Below are positions 9,145 through 18,039 of a DNA stretch of 64,000 nt, in pieces; within the stretch, counting starts at the first letter, position 1, and each line of letters starts with the position of its first letter. The stretch is from Longimicrobiales bacterium. Its GTDB lineage: Bacteria; Gemmatimonadota; Gemmatimonadetes; Longimicrobiales; Gaopeijiaceae. Location: NCBI GenBank assembly GCA_965202805.1, contig OZ241869.1, positions 896,001-960,000 on the forward strand, given 5' to 3'. The notes under the pieces are model-generated. The model was not told the origin of the DNA. It was given only the letters and a program-made list of their open reading frames with translations, and made no database searches. Position numbers and translations under genes: made by a program.

Positions 9145-9403
9145 TTAGCGGCCGGCGTGGGCCTTCAGCACCAGACTCGGGGGCTCGCGGACTGATCCGA
9201 GCCCTCCGAAACGTCGCGGAGCTACTCGTTTTCCCCTTCGGCCCCGGCTCGCTAGAATGCCTGTGACGCGGGATGACGTGCTCCCGCCGCCGGCGCGCCG
9301 AACCTCATCCCGGGAAGAGGCGCGTCACGGTGGGGACGTGCCGAAGTCGGATGCCGGTTATGGGGTCCGGGGGATGCGGGAGAGGTCGATGATGCCGAAA
9401 CCG

Positions 9404-10696
9404 ATGCGGTCAAGCAGCGTTTGCGCCTTCTGCGGTCTCGTGCGACGTGTGCGGGCCTCGGGGCGGCCGCACTTCACCGCCTGGGCCCTCCTGTCCGTCG
9501 CGGCCGGGTTGCTGGCGATCTCGGGATGTGAGGAAGTCGAGCAGCTCCGGGACCATTTTCGCGATCTGACCCCGCACGAGGCCTACCAGGCGCAACTGAA
9601 CGTCGCGGGGCTCGGGGGATCGGCGCTCGCGAGGGACTGGGAGGCGGCGGGGCGTCGAGCGCTCGCCGAGCCGGTCGCGGTGACTCTGCCCTATGTCGAG
9701 GAAGGCTACATCAGCCCGGATGCCCCGGAGGCGACCGGATACCGGTTTCGCCTCGAGCGCGGCAGAAAACTGACGGTCGAGGTTTCGGTGCAATCCGGCG
9801 CGCCCGCGCGGGTATTCGTGGACCTCTTTCGTGTGCCCGCCGATGCTGCCGACCCCATGAGGCCGATTTTCTCGTCCGAGTCGCCGGTCGACGTGTTCTC
9901 GCACGAGCCCTGGCGCGGCGGGGAGTTCCTTCTCCGGGTCCAACCGGAGCTTCTGCGGGGCGGCAGCTACTCGGTCAGCCTGGAGATCCAGGCCCAGCTG
10001 GTGTTCCCCGTCGAAGGGCGCGGCTCGGAATACATTTACAGCTGGTTCGGAGCGCCGCGGGACGGGGGTGCGCGCATCCACCGGGGCGTGGACATCTTCG
10101 CGCGCCGCGGAACCCCCGTGCTGGCGGCCTCGGCCGGAAGGGTCAGCCGGGTGCGGGACACCCGGATCGGCGGCAAGGTGGTGTGGGTGCGCGACCCGGT
10201 GCGAAACGCCAGCATCTACTACGCCCATCTGGACAGCCAGTACGTCCGTGACGGACAGGAAGTCCAGGCCGGCGATACCGTCGGCTTCGTGGGCAACACC
10301 GGGAACGCGCGCACCACCCCGCCTCACCTGCATTTGGGCCTCTACCGGCGCGGCGAAGGCGCGGTCGACCCCTTCCCTTTCATCGATCCGGTCCGCGCAA
10401 CGGCTCCGGAGCTCGTCGTCGACACCGAACGCCTGGGCCAATGGAACCGGGTGCGCAACGCAGGGGTCCGGCTGCGGGCGGCGCCGGGTGCGCGGGGGGA
10501 CGTGGTGCGCGAGCTGGACCGGCACACGCCGCTTCGGGTCCTCGCCGGCTCCGGCAGCTTTTTCCGGGCGCGGCTGCCCGACGGCACGACAGGTTACGTG
10601 GCCGCGCGCCTCACCGAGCCGTTGGTGGAGTCGAGTTCCGGACTCAACCCCCGGACGACGCCCGGGCGCGCATCTCAGCCAGGCGCATCTCGATGA
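9404..10696 (+). CDS. M23 family metallopeptidase (lipoprotein-like) with C-terminal SH3b-like domain
   Basis: HRGVDIFA, YYAHL, PPHLH zinc motifs; lipobox-like ISGC. Start uncertain: ORF is open from 9257, with ATGs at 9374, 9389, 9392 and 9404. Confidence 0.85.
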   Translation: MRSSSVCAFCGLVRRVRASGRPHFTAWALLSVAAGLLAISGCEEVEQLRDHFRDLTPHEAYQAQLNVAGLGGSALARDWEAAGRRALAEPVAVTLPYVEEGYISPDAPEATGYRFRLERGRKLTVEVSVQSGAPARVFVDLFRVPADAADPMRPIFSSESPVDVFSHEPWRGGEFLLRVQPELLRGGSYSVSLEIQAQLVFPVEGRGSEYIYSWFGAPRDGGARIHRGVDIFARRGTPVLAASAGRVSRVRDTRIGGKVVWVRDPVRNASIYYAHLDSQYVRDGQEVQAGDTVGFVGNTGNARTTPPHLHLGLYRRGEGAVDPFPFIDPVRATAPELVVDTERLGQWNRVRNAGVRLRAAPGARGDVVRELDRHTPLRVLAGSGSFFRARLPDGTTGYVAARLTEPLVESSSGLNPRTTPGRASQPGASR

Positions 10697-11351
10697 CCCC
10701 GCGGCCGGGGTCGGCCGCATCCAGTTCGGCGAGCAGGTCCCCGAGCAGCGCCTCCGCTTCCGCGTAGCGGCCCTGCGCCGCCCGCACGCGCGCCGCGTCC
10801 GAGAGCGCGTTGCGCAACTGGAACCCCAGGTCGGTCTCGTCCGCGATTTCGAGATAGGTCGCGACGGCCTCGTCCCACAGGCCCTGCTGCTCGTAGGCGG
10901 CGCCCAGGAGGAAGCCTGCCTGCAGTGCCACCGGCTCGCCGAGGCGGCCGCGCAGCGGCTGCAAGGCGTCGATCGCCGCCTGGACATCCCCGTTCTCAAG
11001 CTGGACCTGGCCCAGCAGAAGCCGGGCTTCAGCGGCGCTGGAGGCGTTCTCGAAGCGCTCCAGGAACCGGTTCAGCTCGGCCAGCGTCTCTTCGGTGCTG
11101 ACCACGCCAACCACCTGATGAATCTGCTCCAGCTCGAGAGCACTCTGATCCTCACGCGTCTCGCTGAAGTTGAAGTAGTACACGGTGGCGGCGACGGCGA
11201 GCGCGACCACGATGCCCGCAAAGATCAGAGTCTGAGCGTTGTTCTGGGCCCAGACCGTGATTTCGAGGACCCGGCTGGTAAAGAGGTCGTCCTCGTCGGG
11301 CGAACTGGAGGCCGGCCCTCCCGGGGCAGGACGTCGGGAATACTTGGACAT
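10644..11351 (-). CDS. Membrane-anchored tetratricopeptide repeat protein (YfgM-like)
   Basis: Single N-terminal TM helix followed by TPR-like helices (LLGAAYEQQGLWDEAVATY). Confidence 0.75.
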   Translation of the reverse strand: MSKYSRRPAPGGPASSSPDEDDLFTSRVLEITVWAQNNAQTLIFAGIVVALAVAATVYYFNFSETREDQSALELEQIHQVVGVVSTEETLAELNRFLERFENASSAAEARLLLGQVQLENGDVQAAIDALQPLRGRLGEPVALQAGFLLGAAYEQQGLWDEAVATYLEIADETDLGFQLRNALSDAARVRAAQGRYAEAEALLGDLLAELDAADPGRGVIEMRLAEMRARASSGG

Positions 11352-11558
11352 GAAGCGAAGATGTGGGGCTGGCGCGGAAACCGGTTGGGGGGCTCATCCC
11401 TGGCTCGCACGGAACCCGGCGAACTCGATAACGGCGGCAAAACCTAATCTTTGCGCTCCATCCGGGTCAACGGGAACGCAAATGGCCAGGCATCACCCGG
11501 CGATTACCGTGGCGACCGAGAGGGTCGCGGCGCGACCGGGTGCATGCGAAGCCGGGCG

Positions 11559-12494
11559 CTACCGCCCCGTGCCCGGTGGCCTCAGCTCGTTCCATCGCTC
11601 GATGAACGCGACAGCCGCGTCCACGAACGATTCGGTGGTCGCCCGCCCCCGTTCCAAAGTCGCCAGGGCGGGGTCGCGCTCTCCCCACACCCCCGTGGTC
11701 GACATCTGTGCGGCCGATGTCCCCTTCCCGGTCGCCTCGTCCTTCAGCCCCTCCGCCAGGAACACCGCAAGCGCGGTCGGATCTCCGGCGAGCACCTCGG
11801 GCACCATCGCTTCCAGGTGGGGAGGCAAGGTCAACTCCGCGACCTCGGCGGCCTCCAGATCCACCAGGTGGGGAATCAGATAGAGCGAATTGGAGGTCTC
11901 ACCCGTGCCGCCGTGGCGGTCCAGCACAGGAGTCGATGGAGCCGGCTGCGGATCCGAGTCGCGAACGGCAAACGGGCGGGCGGCCGCGCCCAGATCGACC
12001 GCGATCCCCTCCGTCTCCTGATTGATGCGGTCCACGATGAAGGTCGTGATGGCCCGGTTTCCGCCATGAGCATTCAGGACTAGAAAACGCTTGAAACCAT
12101 GCTTCATAAGACTCTTGGCAGACTCGACATAAACCTCTTGAACGAGCGTCGAAGGTAAGGTCACCGTGCCCGCGAATTCCATGTGGTACGGTGACTGCCC
12201 GGGCAGCAGGATCGGCGCCACCAGCACATCGGCTCGCTGGGCCACCCTCTTGGCGCGTTCCACTCCGTTCAGGTAGTCGGTGCCGATGGGCAGGTGGGTG
12301 CCGTGCTGCTCGAGCGCACCCACCGCGAAGATGACCATGTCCGTTCGGGTGAGGAGATCCTCGACCTCCGGCCGGGTCATGTGGGGGAGATAGTTGCGGA
12401 CCTTGAGGATCGGTGGCAGTTCGGGTTCCTGCGCGGCGGCGAGGCAGGGCGAGAGCGCGAACCAGAGGGCGAGGATCGAGGCGGGGCGACGCAT
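11559..12494 (-). CDS. Creatininase family amidohydrolase with signal peptide
   Basis: GALEQHGTHLPIGTD, LNAHGGN, HGGTGETS. ATG at 12494 with RBS and AxA signal. Confidence 0.85.
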   Translation of the reverse strand: MRRPASILALWFALSPCLAAAQEPELPPILKVRNYLPHMTRPEVEDLLTRTDMVIFAVGALEQHGTHLPIGTDYLNGVERAKRVAQRADVLVAPILLPGQSPYHMEFAGTVTLPSTLVQEVYVESAKSLMKHGFKRFLVLNAHGGNRAITTFIVDRINQETEGIAVDLGAAARPFAVRDSDPQPAPSTPVLDRHGGTGETSNSLYLIPHLVDLEAAEVAELTLPPHLEAMVPEVLAGDPTALAVFLAEGLKDEATGKGTSAAQMSTTGVWGERDPALATLERGRATTESFVDAAVAFIERWNELRPPGTGR

Positions 12495-12650
12495 GGGAAT
12501 TCCCTCCTGAAGGCTGGACGTTGGGCGGTAGGCCGGGCCGGGCCGATGCGACGACCCTCCTGCCAACCTATCGCGTCTGCGCGCGGTTATCGATCCGCAG
12601 CAGGGACGCCCCCGCCCCAGCCTAGTCTAGGCTAGCTTAGCTTAGCTCGC

Positions 12651-13877
12651 CTAATACCTTGCCGCCCCGGACAGACCCGACCGGGCGTGTGGCCGGAGCG
12701 CGGGATGGAGGGCCAGTACTGCTCCGAGCAGGAACATCGGCATGGCGGCGAGCGCCGCCGGCTGCGGCCCGACCAGGTCTCCGAGGACGCCCACAACCCC
12801 CACCCCCAAGGTGCCCGCGCCCCACGCCAGCCCCATGACGATCCCGGAGCCTATGCTGGCCCCCGTGGGGAGGACTTCCTGGGCGATGACCACGGTCGGG
12901 GGGAGCAGCGCCATGTTGAGCAGCCCCGCGCAGCCAAGCGCGGCAAAGGCCAGGGCGGTCCCGGGTGGCAGGTAGACCGCCAGAAAGTGCGCGGGCGCGG
13001 CGAGGATGCAGATCCCGGCCAGCAACCGGGTGCGGTCGATGCGGTCGGTCAGGAGGCCGGCGAAGATGGTCCCTCCCGCCTGGAGTCCCAGGTAGACGCT
13101 GAGGGAAGCCGCCCCGAGGGCCTCCGAGCCGCCGGCCTGGTCGACCACGATGGGATACAGGGTCAGAAAGGTCCGCTGGACGAACGCCCCCAGCGCGCTG
13201 ATGCCGAAAACCAGGCCGAGCGGCCCCGCGAGTGCGCGCAGCACCTGTCGCGGCGAGGGCGGCGGCACGGGTACGCGACCGCGCACGGGGCGAGGCAGAA
13301 ACGCCAGGGTAGCGAACCCGATGAGGATGCCGGGGAACATCGCCACCCAGAGGCCTTCCAAGGTGAAGAAACCGACCATGGCCACGGCCGTGACCGGTCC
13401 GAGCGCGAAGCCCAGGTGTCCGCCGAAGGAAAAGATGGACACGCGCAGACCGCTCCCCTTCCCCTCCGAGACACGTCCGGCAAGCGACACGGCCGGCGGA
13501 TGGAAGAAGGCGCTTCCGAGCCCGCCCAGCGCCAGCAGCACGACGAGCACACCGAACGACGGCGCGAGTCCGATGAGGCTGAGGAAGAGGCCGGATACGA
13601 TCGGTCCGAGCGCCACCAGCCAACGTCGGCCCACCCGGTCGGCGAGGTAGCCCATGACCGGTTGAGGCAGGGACGAAGCCAGCGAAAGGACCATGCTCAG
13701 CACGGCCGCGAGCGCGATGGACAGGCCCAGCTTGTCCATGAGACGTGGCAGAAGCGGGTGCAGGAAGGCGACGTAGGCGTCGTTGGCGAGGTGCGCCACG
13801 GTCAGCGTCACCGCGATGGTGAGGGCACTCGGGCCGCTCGCACGCGACCGGGACGGCTCCGGGGCAGAGGCTGTCAT
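12651..13877 (-). CDS. MFS transporter (Fsr-like)
   Basis: AHLANDAY...LLP, GYLADRVGRR, AFFHPPA; about 12 TM segments. Start uncertain. Confidence 0.85.
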   Translation of the reverse strand: MTASAPEPSRSRASGPSALTIAVTLTVAHLANDAYVAFLHPLLPRLMDKLGLSIALAAVLSMVLSLASSLPQPVMGYLADRVGRRWLVALGPIVSGLFLSLIGLAPSFGVLVVLLALGGLGSAFFHPPAVSLAGRVSEGKGSGLRVSIFSFGGHLGFALGPVTAVAMVGFFTLEGLWVAMFPGILIGFATLAFLPRPVRGRVPVPPPSPRQVLRALAGPLGLVFGISALGAFVQRTFLTLYPIVVDQAGGSEALGAASLSVYLGLQAGGTIFAGLLTDRIDRTRLLAGICILAAPAHFLAVYLPPGTALAFAALGCAGLLNMALLPPTVVIAQEVLPTGASIGSGIVMGLAWGAGTLGVGVVGVLGDLVGPQPAALAAMPMFLLGAVLALHPALRPHARSGLSGAARY

Positions 13878-14108
13878 CGGAATACCCGCGCGGATGCGGG
13901 GCGCGTCATCGCAAACAACCCGGAAGTACGTTCGGCATCGGGCTCTCCGGAGGCTGACGGCGCCGGCTTCGTCCATCGCGAGCGCCCGGAAGCTAAGACC
14001 GCAGGCGGGATCGACCAAACTCGCGCGCACGCCGTACTCTGGCGCCTCTCGCGCGGGTTGCTGACATTAGACGAGGTCGGCCCCGCAACCCTCGAAGGAA
14101 ACAGCCCG

Positions 14109-15683
14109 ATGAACGCTCGTGCGTGGATGGTTTCCGGGAAGACGATCCCCGTGCTCGGCTCCCTGCTCTGCCTCCTCGTTCCTGCCCCGTCAGGCGCGCA
14201 GGAACTCGGATCCGTCAACTTCCCCACCTCGGGGTCGGCCGAGGCTCAGCCGCATTTCGAGGCGGGGCTGATGCTTCTGCACAACTTCGAATACGAGGAC
14301 GCCGCGGCCCGCTTCAGGAGAGCGCGCGAGATCGATCCGGGTTTCGCGATGGCATTCTGGGGCGAGGCTCAGACCTGGAATCATCCCATCTGGATGGAGC
14401 AGGATCGGGATGCGGCGCTGGCCGTCCTCGGCGAGTACGCGCCGACACCCCGCGAACGGCTCGCCCGGGTCCACACCCCACGCGAAAGGGACTGGCTGGA
14501 GACGGTGGAGATCCTCTACGGCGAGGGCCCCAAGGAGGAGCGGGACTTCCGCTACCGCGACGCCATGAGGCGGCTGGCCGAAAAATACCCGCAGGACCAG
14601 GACGCGCGGGCCTTCTACGCTCTGTCGCTGCTCGGAACGGCACATGAGGGCCGCGACTTCGCAATCTACATGAAGGCGGCCGCCGTGGCCCAGCCGGTGC
14701 TCGAGGAGAACCCGATGCACCCGGGCGCCGCCCACTACGTCATCCATGCCTTCGACGACCCCATCCACGCGCCCCTGGGCCTGCCGGCCGCGCGGGCCTA
14801 CTCGGGGATCGCGCCGGACGCGGGACATGCCCAGCACATGACCTCCCATATCTTCGTGGCCATGGGCCTGTGGGAGGATGTGGTCGCGGCGAACGTGCGC
14901 GCCCGCGACGTGCAGAACGCGGCGCGGGCCCGCAGGGGACAGCGGGCGAACGTGTGCGGCCACTATACATCGTGGCTGCACTACGGGTATCTGCAGCTGG
15001 GACGCCTGGAGGACGCCGCTGCCGGGATGGCCGCGTGCATGGCTCGCATGGCGGATGCGCCGGCCGCCGACGAAGCCGCGTACTTCGTGCAGATGAAGGC
15101 GCGCGCGGTGATCGACCCCGGGGACTGGGCGCGGGCGGAAGAGATCTCGGCCGACCTGAAGGGGTTCCCGGCGCTGGCGCTCCCCAACGACTTCGTCGAC
15201 GCCCTCGCCGCGGTGCGCAGGGGAGACGCGGAACGCGCACGGCAGCTCCGGGCGCGCCACGGAGAACCCGGCGCCCAGGGCAACCCGCGGCACGGCATCC
15301 TTCTGAGGGAACTGGACGCCCTGCTCGCGCTGGCCGCGGGCGATCCGGAGACAGGCATCGACTTGCTCAGGGAGGCGGCGCGGCAGGAGGAGGCCCTTCC
15401 CTACGAGTTCGGCCCTCCGGCCACGCTCATGCCGCCCCATGAACTGCTGGCCCTGGAGCTGGCTTCGCTGGGGCGCCAGGAGGCGGCGCTTCCGGCGTGG
15501 CGGGACCAGCTTGCCCGCACGCCCCGGCGCACCCAGTCGCTGCTCGGGCTGGCCCGCACCGCGACGGCGCTCGGCGACGAGACCGCCGCGCGCGAGGCGT
15601 ACGCCGCCCTGGCGGCGGCCTGGTCCGCGGCCGACGAGAAAGTCCCCGGGCTGGTGGAGGCACGGGCCGGGGGTTCGCGGTAA
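14109..15683 (+). CDS. Exported TPR-like protein of unknown function
   Basis: Signal peptide; LLHNFEY...DPGFAMAFWG; HYVIH and HAQHMTSHIF motifs. RBS-like AAGGA before ATG at 14109. Confidence 0.75.
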   Translation: MNARAWMVSGKTIPVLGSLLCLLVPAPSGAQELGSVNFPTSGSAEAQPHFEAGLMLLHNFEYEDAAARFRRAREIDPGFAMAFWGEAQTWNHPIWMEQDRDAALAVLGEYAPTPRERLARVHTPRERDWLETVEILYGEGPKEERDFRYRDAMRRLAEKYPQDQDARAFYALSLLGTAHEGRDFAIYMKAAAVAQPVLEENPMHPGAAHYVIHAFDDPIHAPLGLPAARAYSGIAPDAGHAQHMTSHIFVAMGLWEDVVAANVRARDVQNAARARRGQRANVCGHYTSWLHYGYLQLGRLEDAAAGMAACMARMADAPAADEAAYFVQMKARAVIDPGDWARAEEISADLKGFPALALPNDFVDALAAVRRGDAERARQLRARHGEPGAQGNPRHGILLRELDALLALAAGDPETGIDLLREAARQEEALPYEFGPPATLMPPHELLALELASLGRQEAALPAWRDQLARTPRRTQSLLGLARTATALGDETAAREAYAALAAAWSAADEKVPGLVEARAGGSR

Positions 15684-15718
15684 CCGAGGAACTCCATCAG
15701 GACATGGGAGGGAACATC

Positions 15719-16642
15719 ATGAGCAGCAACATGATCGGGCAAAACAGCGACCAGGCTGGCGAGGCTCCTGCGCCCATCGAGGACTCCCGGGGTCCGGTCA
15801 CCGTCGAACGCATCTTTCGCGACGGCGTCTATCCCTACAGCGACAAGATGAAGCGGAAGCAATACGAGCGGCAGAAGGGCGGGCTGCAGGTCGAGCTGCT
15901 GAAGGTCCAGCGTTGGGTGCGGCGGTCCGGGAGGAAGATCGTCATCCTGTTCGAGGGACGCGATGCCGCCGGCAAGGGCGGCACCATCAAGCGGTTCATG
16001 GAGCATCTGAACCCTCGAGGGGCCCGCGTCGTCGCACTCGACAAGCCCAGCGACGTCGAGCGGGGCCAGTGGTACTTCCAGCGCTATATCCGAAACCTGC
16101 CGACCGCCGGGGAGATGGTGCTCTTCGACCGTTCCTGGTACAACCGCGCCGGGGTCGAGCGCGTCATGGGCTTCTGCACCGGGCAGGAGTACCTCGAGTT
16201 CCTGCGCCAGTGCCCGGAACTGGAGCGCATGCTGGTCAACAGCGGCATCCTGCTCTTCAAGTTCTACTTTTCCGTGTCGCAGGACGAGCAGGCGTACCGC
16301 TTCGAGCGCCGCAATACCGACCCGCTCAAGCAGTGGAAGATCTCTCCGGTCGACCTGGCGTCGCTGAACAAGTGGGACGACTACACGCAGGCCAAGGAGG
16401 CGATGTTCTTCTACACGGATACGGCGGACGCGCCCTGGACGGTGATCAAGTCGGACGACAAGAAGCGCGCGCGCATCGCGGCGATGCAGTTCTTCCTTTC
16501 CCGGCTGGCCTATCCGGACAAGGACCACGAGGTCGTGACCGGACCCGACCCCCTGATCGCGGAATCGGCCACCGTGGTGGTGAGCCGTGACAAGCCGATG
16601 TCGGCCGACCCGGGCGCATCCGGCACCGTGACCGGCCGGTAG
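15719..16642 (+). CDS. ppk2: Polyphosphate kinase 2
   Basis: FEGRDAAGKGG, QWYFQRY, FDRSWYNRAGVERVMGF, DPLKQWK; GGGAGG RBS. Confidence 0.95.
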   Translation: MSSNMIGQNSDQAGEAPAPIEDSRGPVTVERIFRDGVYPYSDKMKRKQYERQKGGLQVELLKVQRWVRRSGRKIVILFEGRDAAGKGGTIKRFMEHLNPRGARVVALDKPSDVERGQWYFQRYIRNLPTAGEMVLFDRSWYNRAGVERVMGFCTGQEYLEFLRQCPELERMLVNSGILLFKFYFSVSQDEQAYRFERRNTDPLKQWKISPVDLASLNKWDDYTQAKEAMFFYTDTADAPWTVIKSDDKKRARIAAMQFFLSRLAYPDKDHEVVTGPDPLIAESATVVVSRDKPMSADPGASGTVTGR

Positions 16643-16643
16643 G

Positions 16644-16934
16644 CTATCGGTTCATCTCGCCCTCGGCGGGACCTGCGTCGCCGGAGGCGCGGGGCCCGAT
16701 GAGCCGTTCGGTGAAGTCCTGACGCTCTTCCAGCAGCGAAAGCCTGTCGTTCATCGTCTCGACCGTCTCGCGCAGGCGCCGGGTCTCCTCCGGCGAAGGA
16801 CCGGATTTCTCCCGCGCCATCGCTTCGAGCAGAATCCCGAGTCGGCTTGCGATGGGACGCAGGACGATCACGCCTCCCACCGTGACGATGAACAGGGAAG
16901 GAACGACCAGGGCGGTGAGGGCCTCCCAGTCCAT
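16644..16934 (-). CDS. Small membrane protein (N-terminal TM plus coiled coil)
   Basis: GGAGG upstream of ATG at 16934; TM followed by heptad region ending LEERQDFTERL. Confidence 0.65.
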   Translation of the reverse strand: MDWEALTALVVPSLFIVTVGGVIVLRPIASRLGILLEAMAREKSGPSPEETRRLRETVETMNDRLSLLEERQDFTERLIGPRASGDAGPAEGEMNR

Positions 16935-17121
16935 TGGCTGAGCCTCCGTGGTGGCGGTTTCGCGAGCAACGGAATCAACACCCGCTCGGCAATCGAGTAC
17001 GAAATCGCCACGGATGTGTTGCACGGGCATCCGGCTGGTGCTCCCCCGCGGAAACCGCGGAATGGTGTTGCCCGGTCCCGCAAGGCAGGCAGCGGGTCGT
17101 CCGGCTCGGCCGAGAGCCGTC

Positions 17122-18039
17122 CTACCCCCGCCACAGGGGCAGGGTAAGGCAGGTCGGCCCGCCTTCGCACGGGATACAGAGCGCATCCGCGGAGAAGCAG
17201 GTCACCTCGCACCCGGCATCCCGCATCAGACGCACCGTGTCCGGAAACCCGTCGACCGCGATGCAGCGGCCCGGTGCCGTCGCGAGCACGTTGAGGTTGA
17301 GACCGCTCGAAGCCTCGAATTCCTCGTCGCCCGCCTCGAGGCACCGGATGCCCCGGTCTCGCAGCAGCTCGCGCAGCGCGACCGGCAGCAGGCGCGGGTA
17401 GATGAGCGCGAGATCGCGGTCCAGCGGGCTGATCACCGAGAGGAGATGCAGGCAGGCGGCGCTGCCCTTCCAGACGGGAAGGTCGAACACGAGGAGTCTG
17501 ATGCCGAGGGGCGCCAGGATGCCCTGCAGCTGATCGATTCCGGCTTGATTCGTGCGGAAGGTGCGCGCCGCCGCGAGCGTCGTCTCGTCGACCCACAGCA
17601 GGTCTCCTCCTTCGGCGAGGCCGGGAGGCGAAATCCTCCCGATGACCGGCACGCCCAGCCGCTGGTGGAGTGCTTCGTGAAGCGCCACCTCGGGGCGGCG
17701 CAGCGACTTGCCGGGACGGAGCAGGATGGCGCCCGCGGGGGTCATGAATGAGGGGTCGAAGACGAAGATGGAGTCGGCGAGGCCGTCGTCCGCGTCGGGC
17801 ATCCACTCGATCTTCGCCCCCGAATCGGCGAGACACGCCGCGAAGGCGTCGTACTGGCGCGCCAGGCGGTCCGCATCCAGGGGGCACGCGTAGTGCCAGA
17901 GCGCGGGATCGGCCTCGAAGGTAGCCCGCCCCGGACGGCGCAGGGCGACGTGCCGGAGCGGATCCGTCATGCGCGTCACTCCGAAGTCGTTCGCTGGCGG
18001 AGATTCGCTTCCGGGCGGCGGTGCCGGTCCGGGGCTCAT
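17122..18039 (-). CDS. Amidinotransferase / dimethylarginine dimethylaminohydrolase family enzyme
   Basis: DSIFVFDP, AEGGD, LHLLS, GGPTCLTLP. Start 18039 (ATGA overlap with permease stop) or 17970. Confidence 0.85.
   Translation of the reverse strand: MSPGPAPPPGSESPPANDFGVTRMTDPLRHVALRRPGRATFEADPALWHYACPLDADRLARQYDAFAACLADSGAKIEWMPDADDGLADSIFVFDPSFMTPAGAILLRPGKSLRRPEVALHEALHQRLGVPVIGRISPPGLAEGGDLLWVDETTLAAARTFRTNQAGIDQLQGILAPLGIRLLVFDLPVWKGSAACLHLLSVISPLDRDLALIYPRLLPVALRELLRDRGIRCLEAGDEEFEASSGLNLNVLATAPGRCIAVDGFPDTVRLMRDAGCEVTCFSADALCIPCEGGPTCLTLPLWRG

Noticed and set aside
8975..9256. AT-rich region as oriC
   Set aside because: No DnaA boxes seen, and genes converge on rather than diverge from it.
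10644..10696. 53-bp convergent overlap of the M23 and TPR genes
   Set aside because: Short 3' overlaps with low-complexity tails are common at high GC; no further evidence of function.
12687..14108. N-terminal half of the 998-aa ORF 12687-15683
   Set aside because: Antisense to the MFS gene; the real gene starts near 14109 with an RBS and signal peptide.
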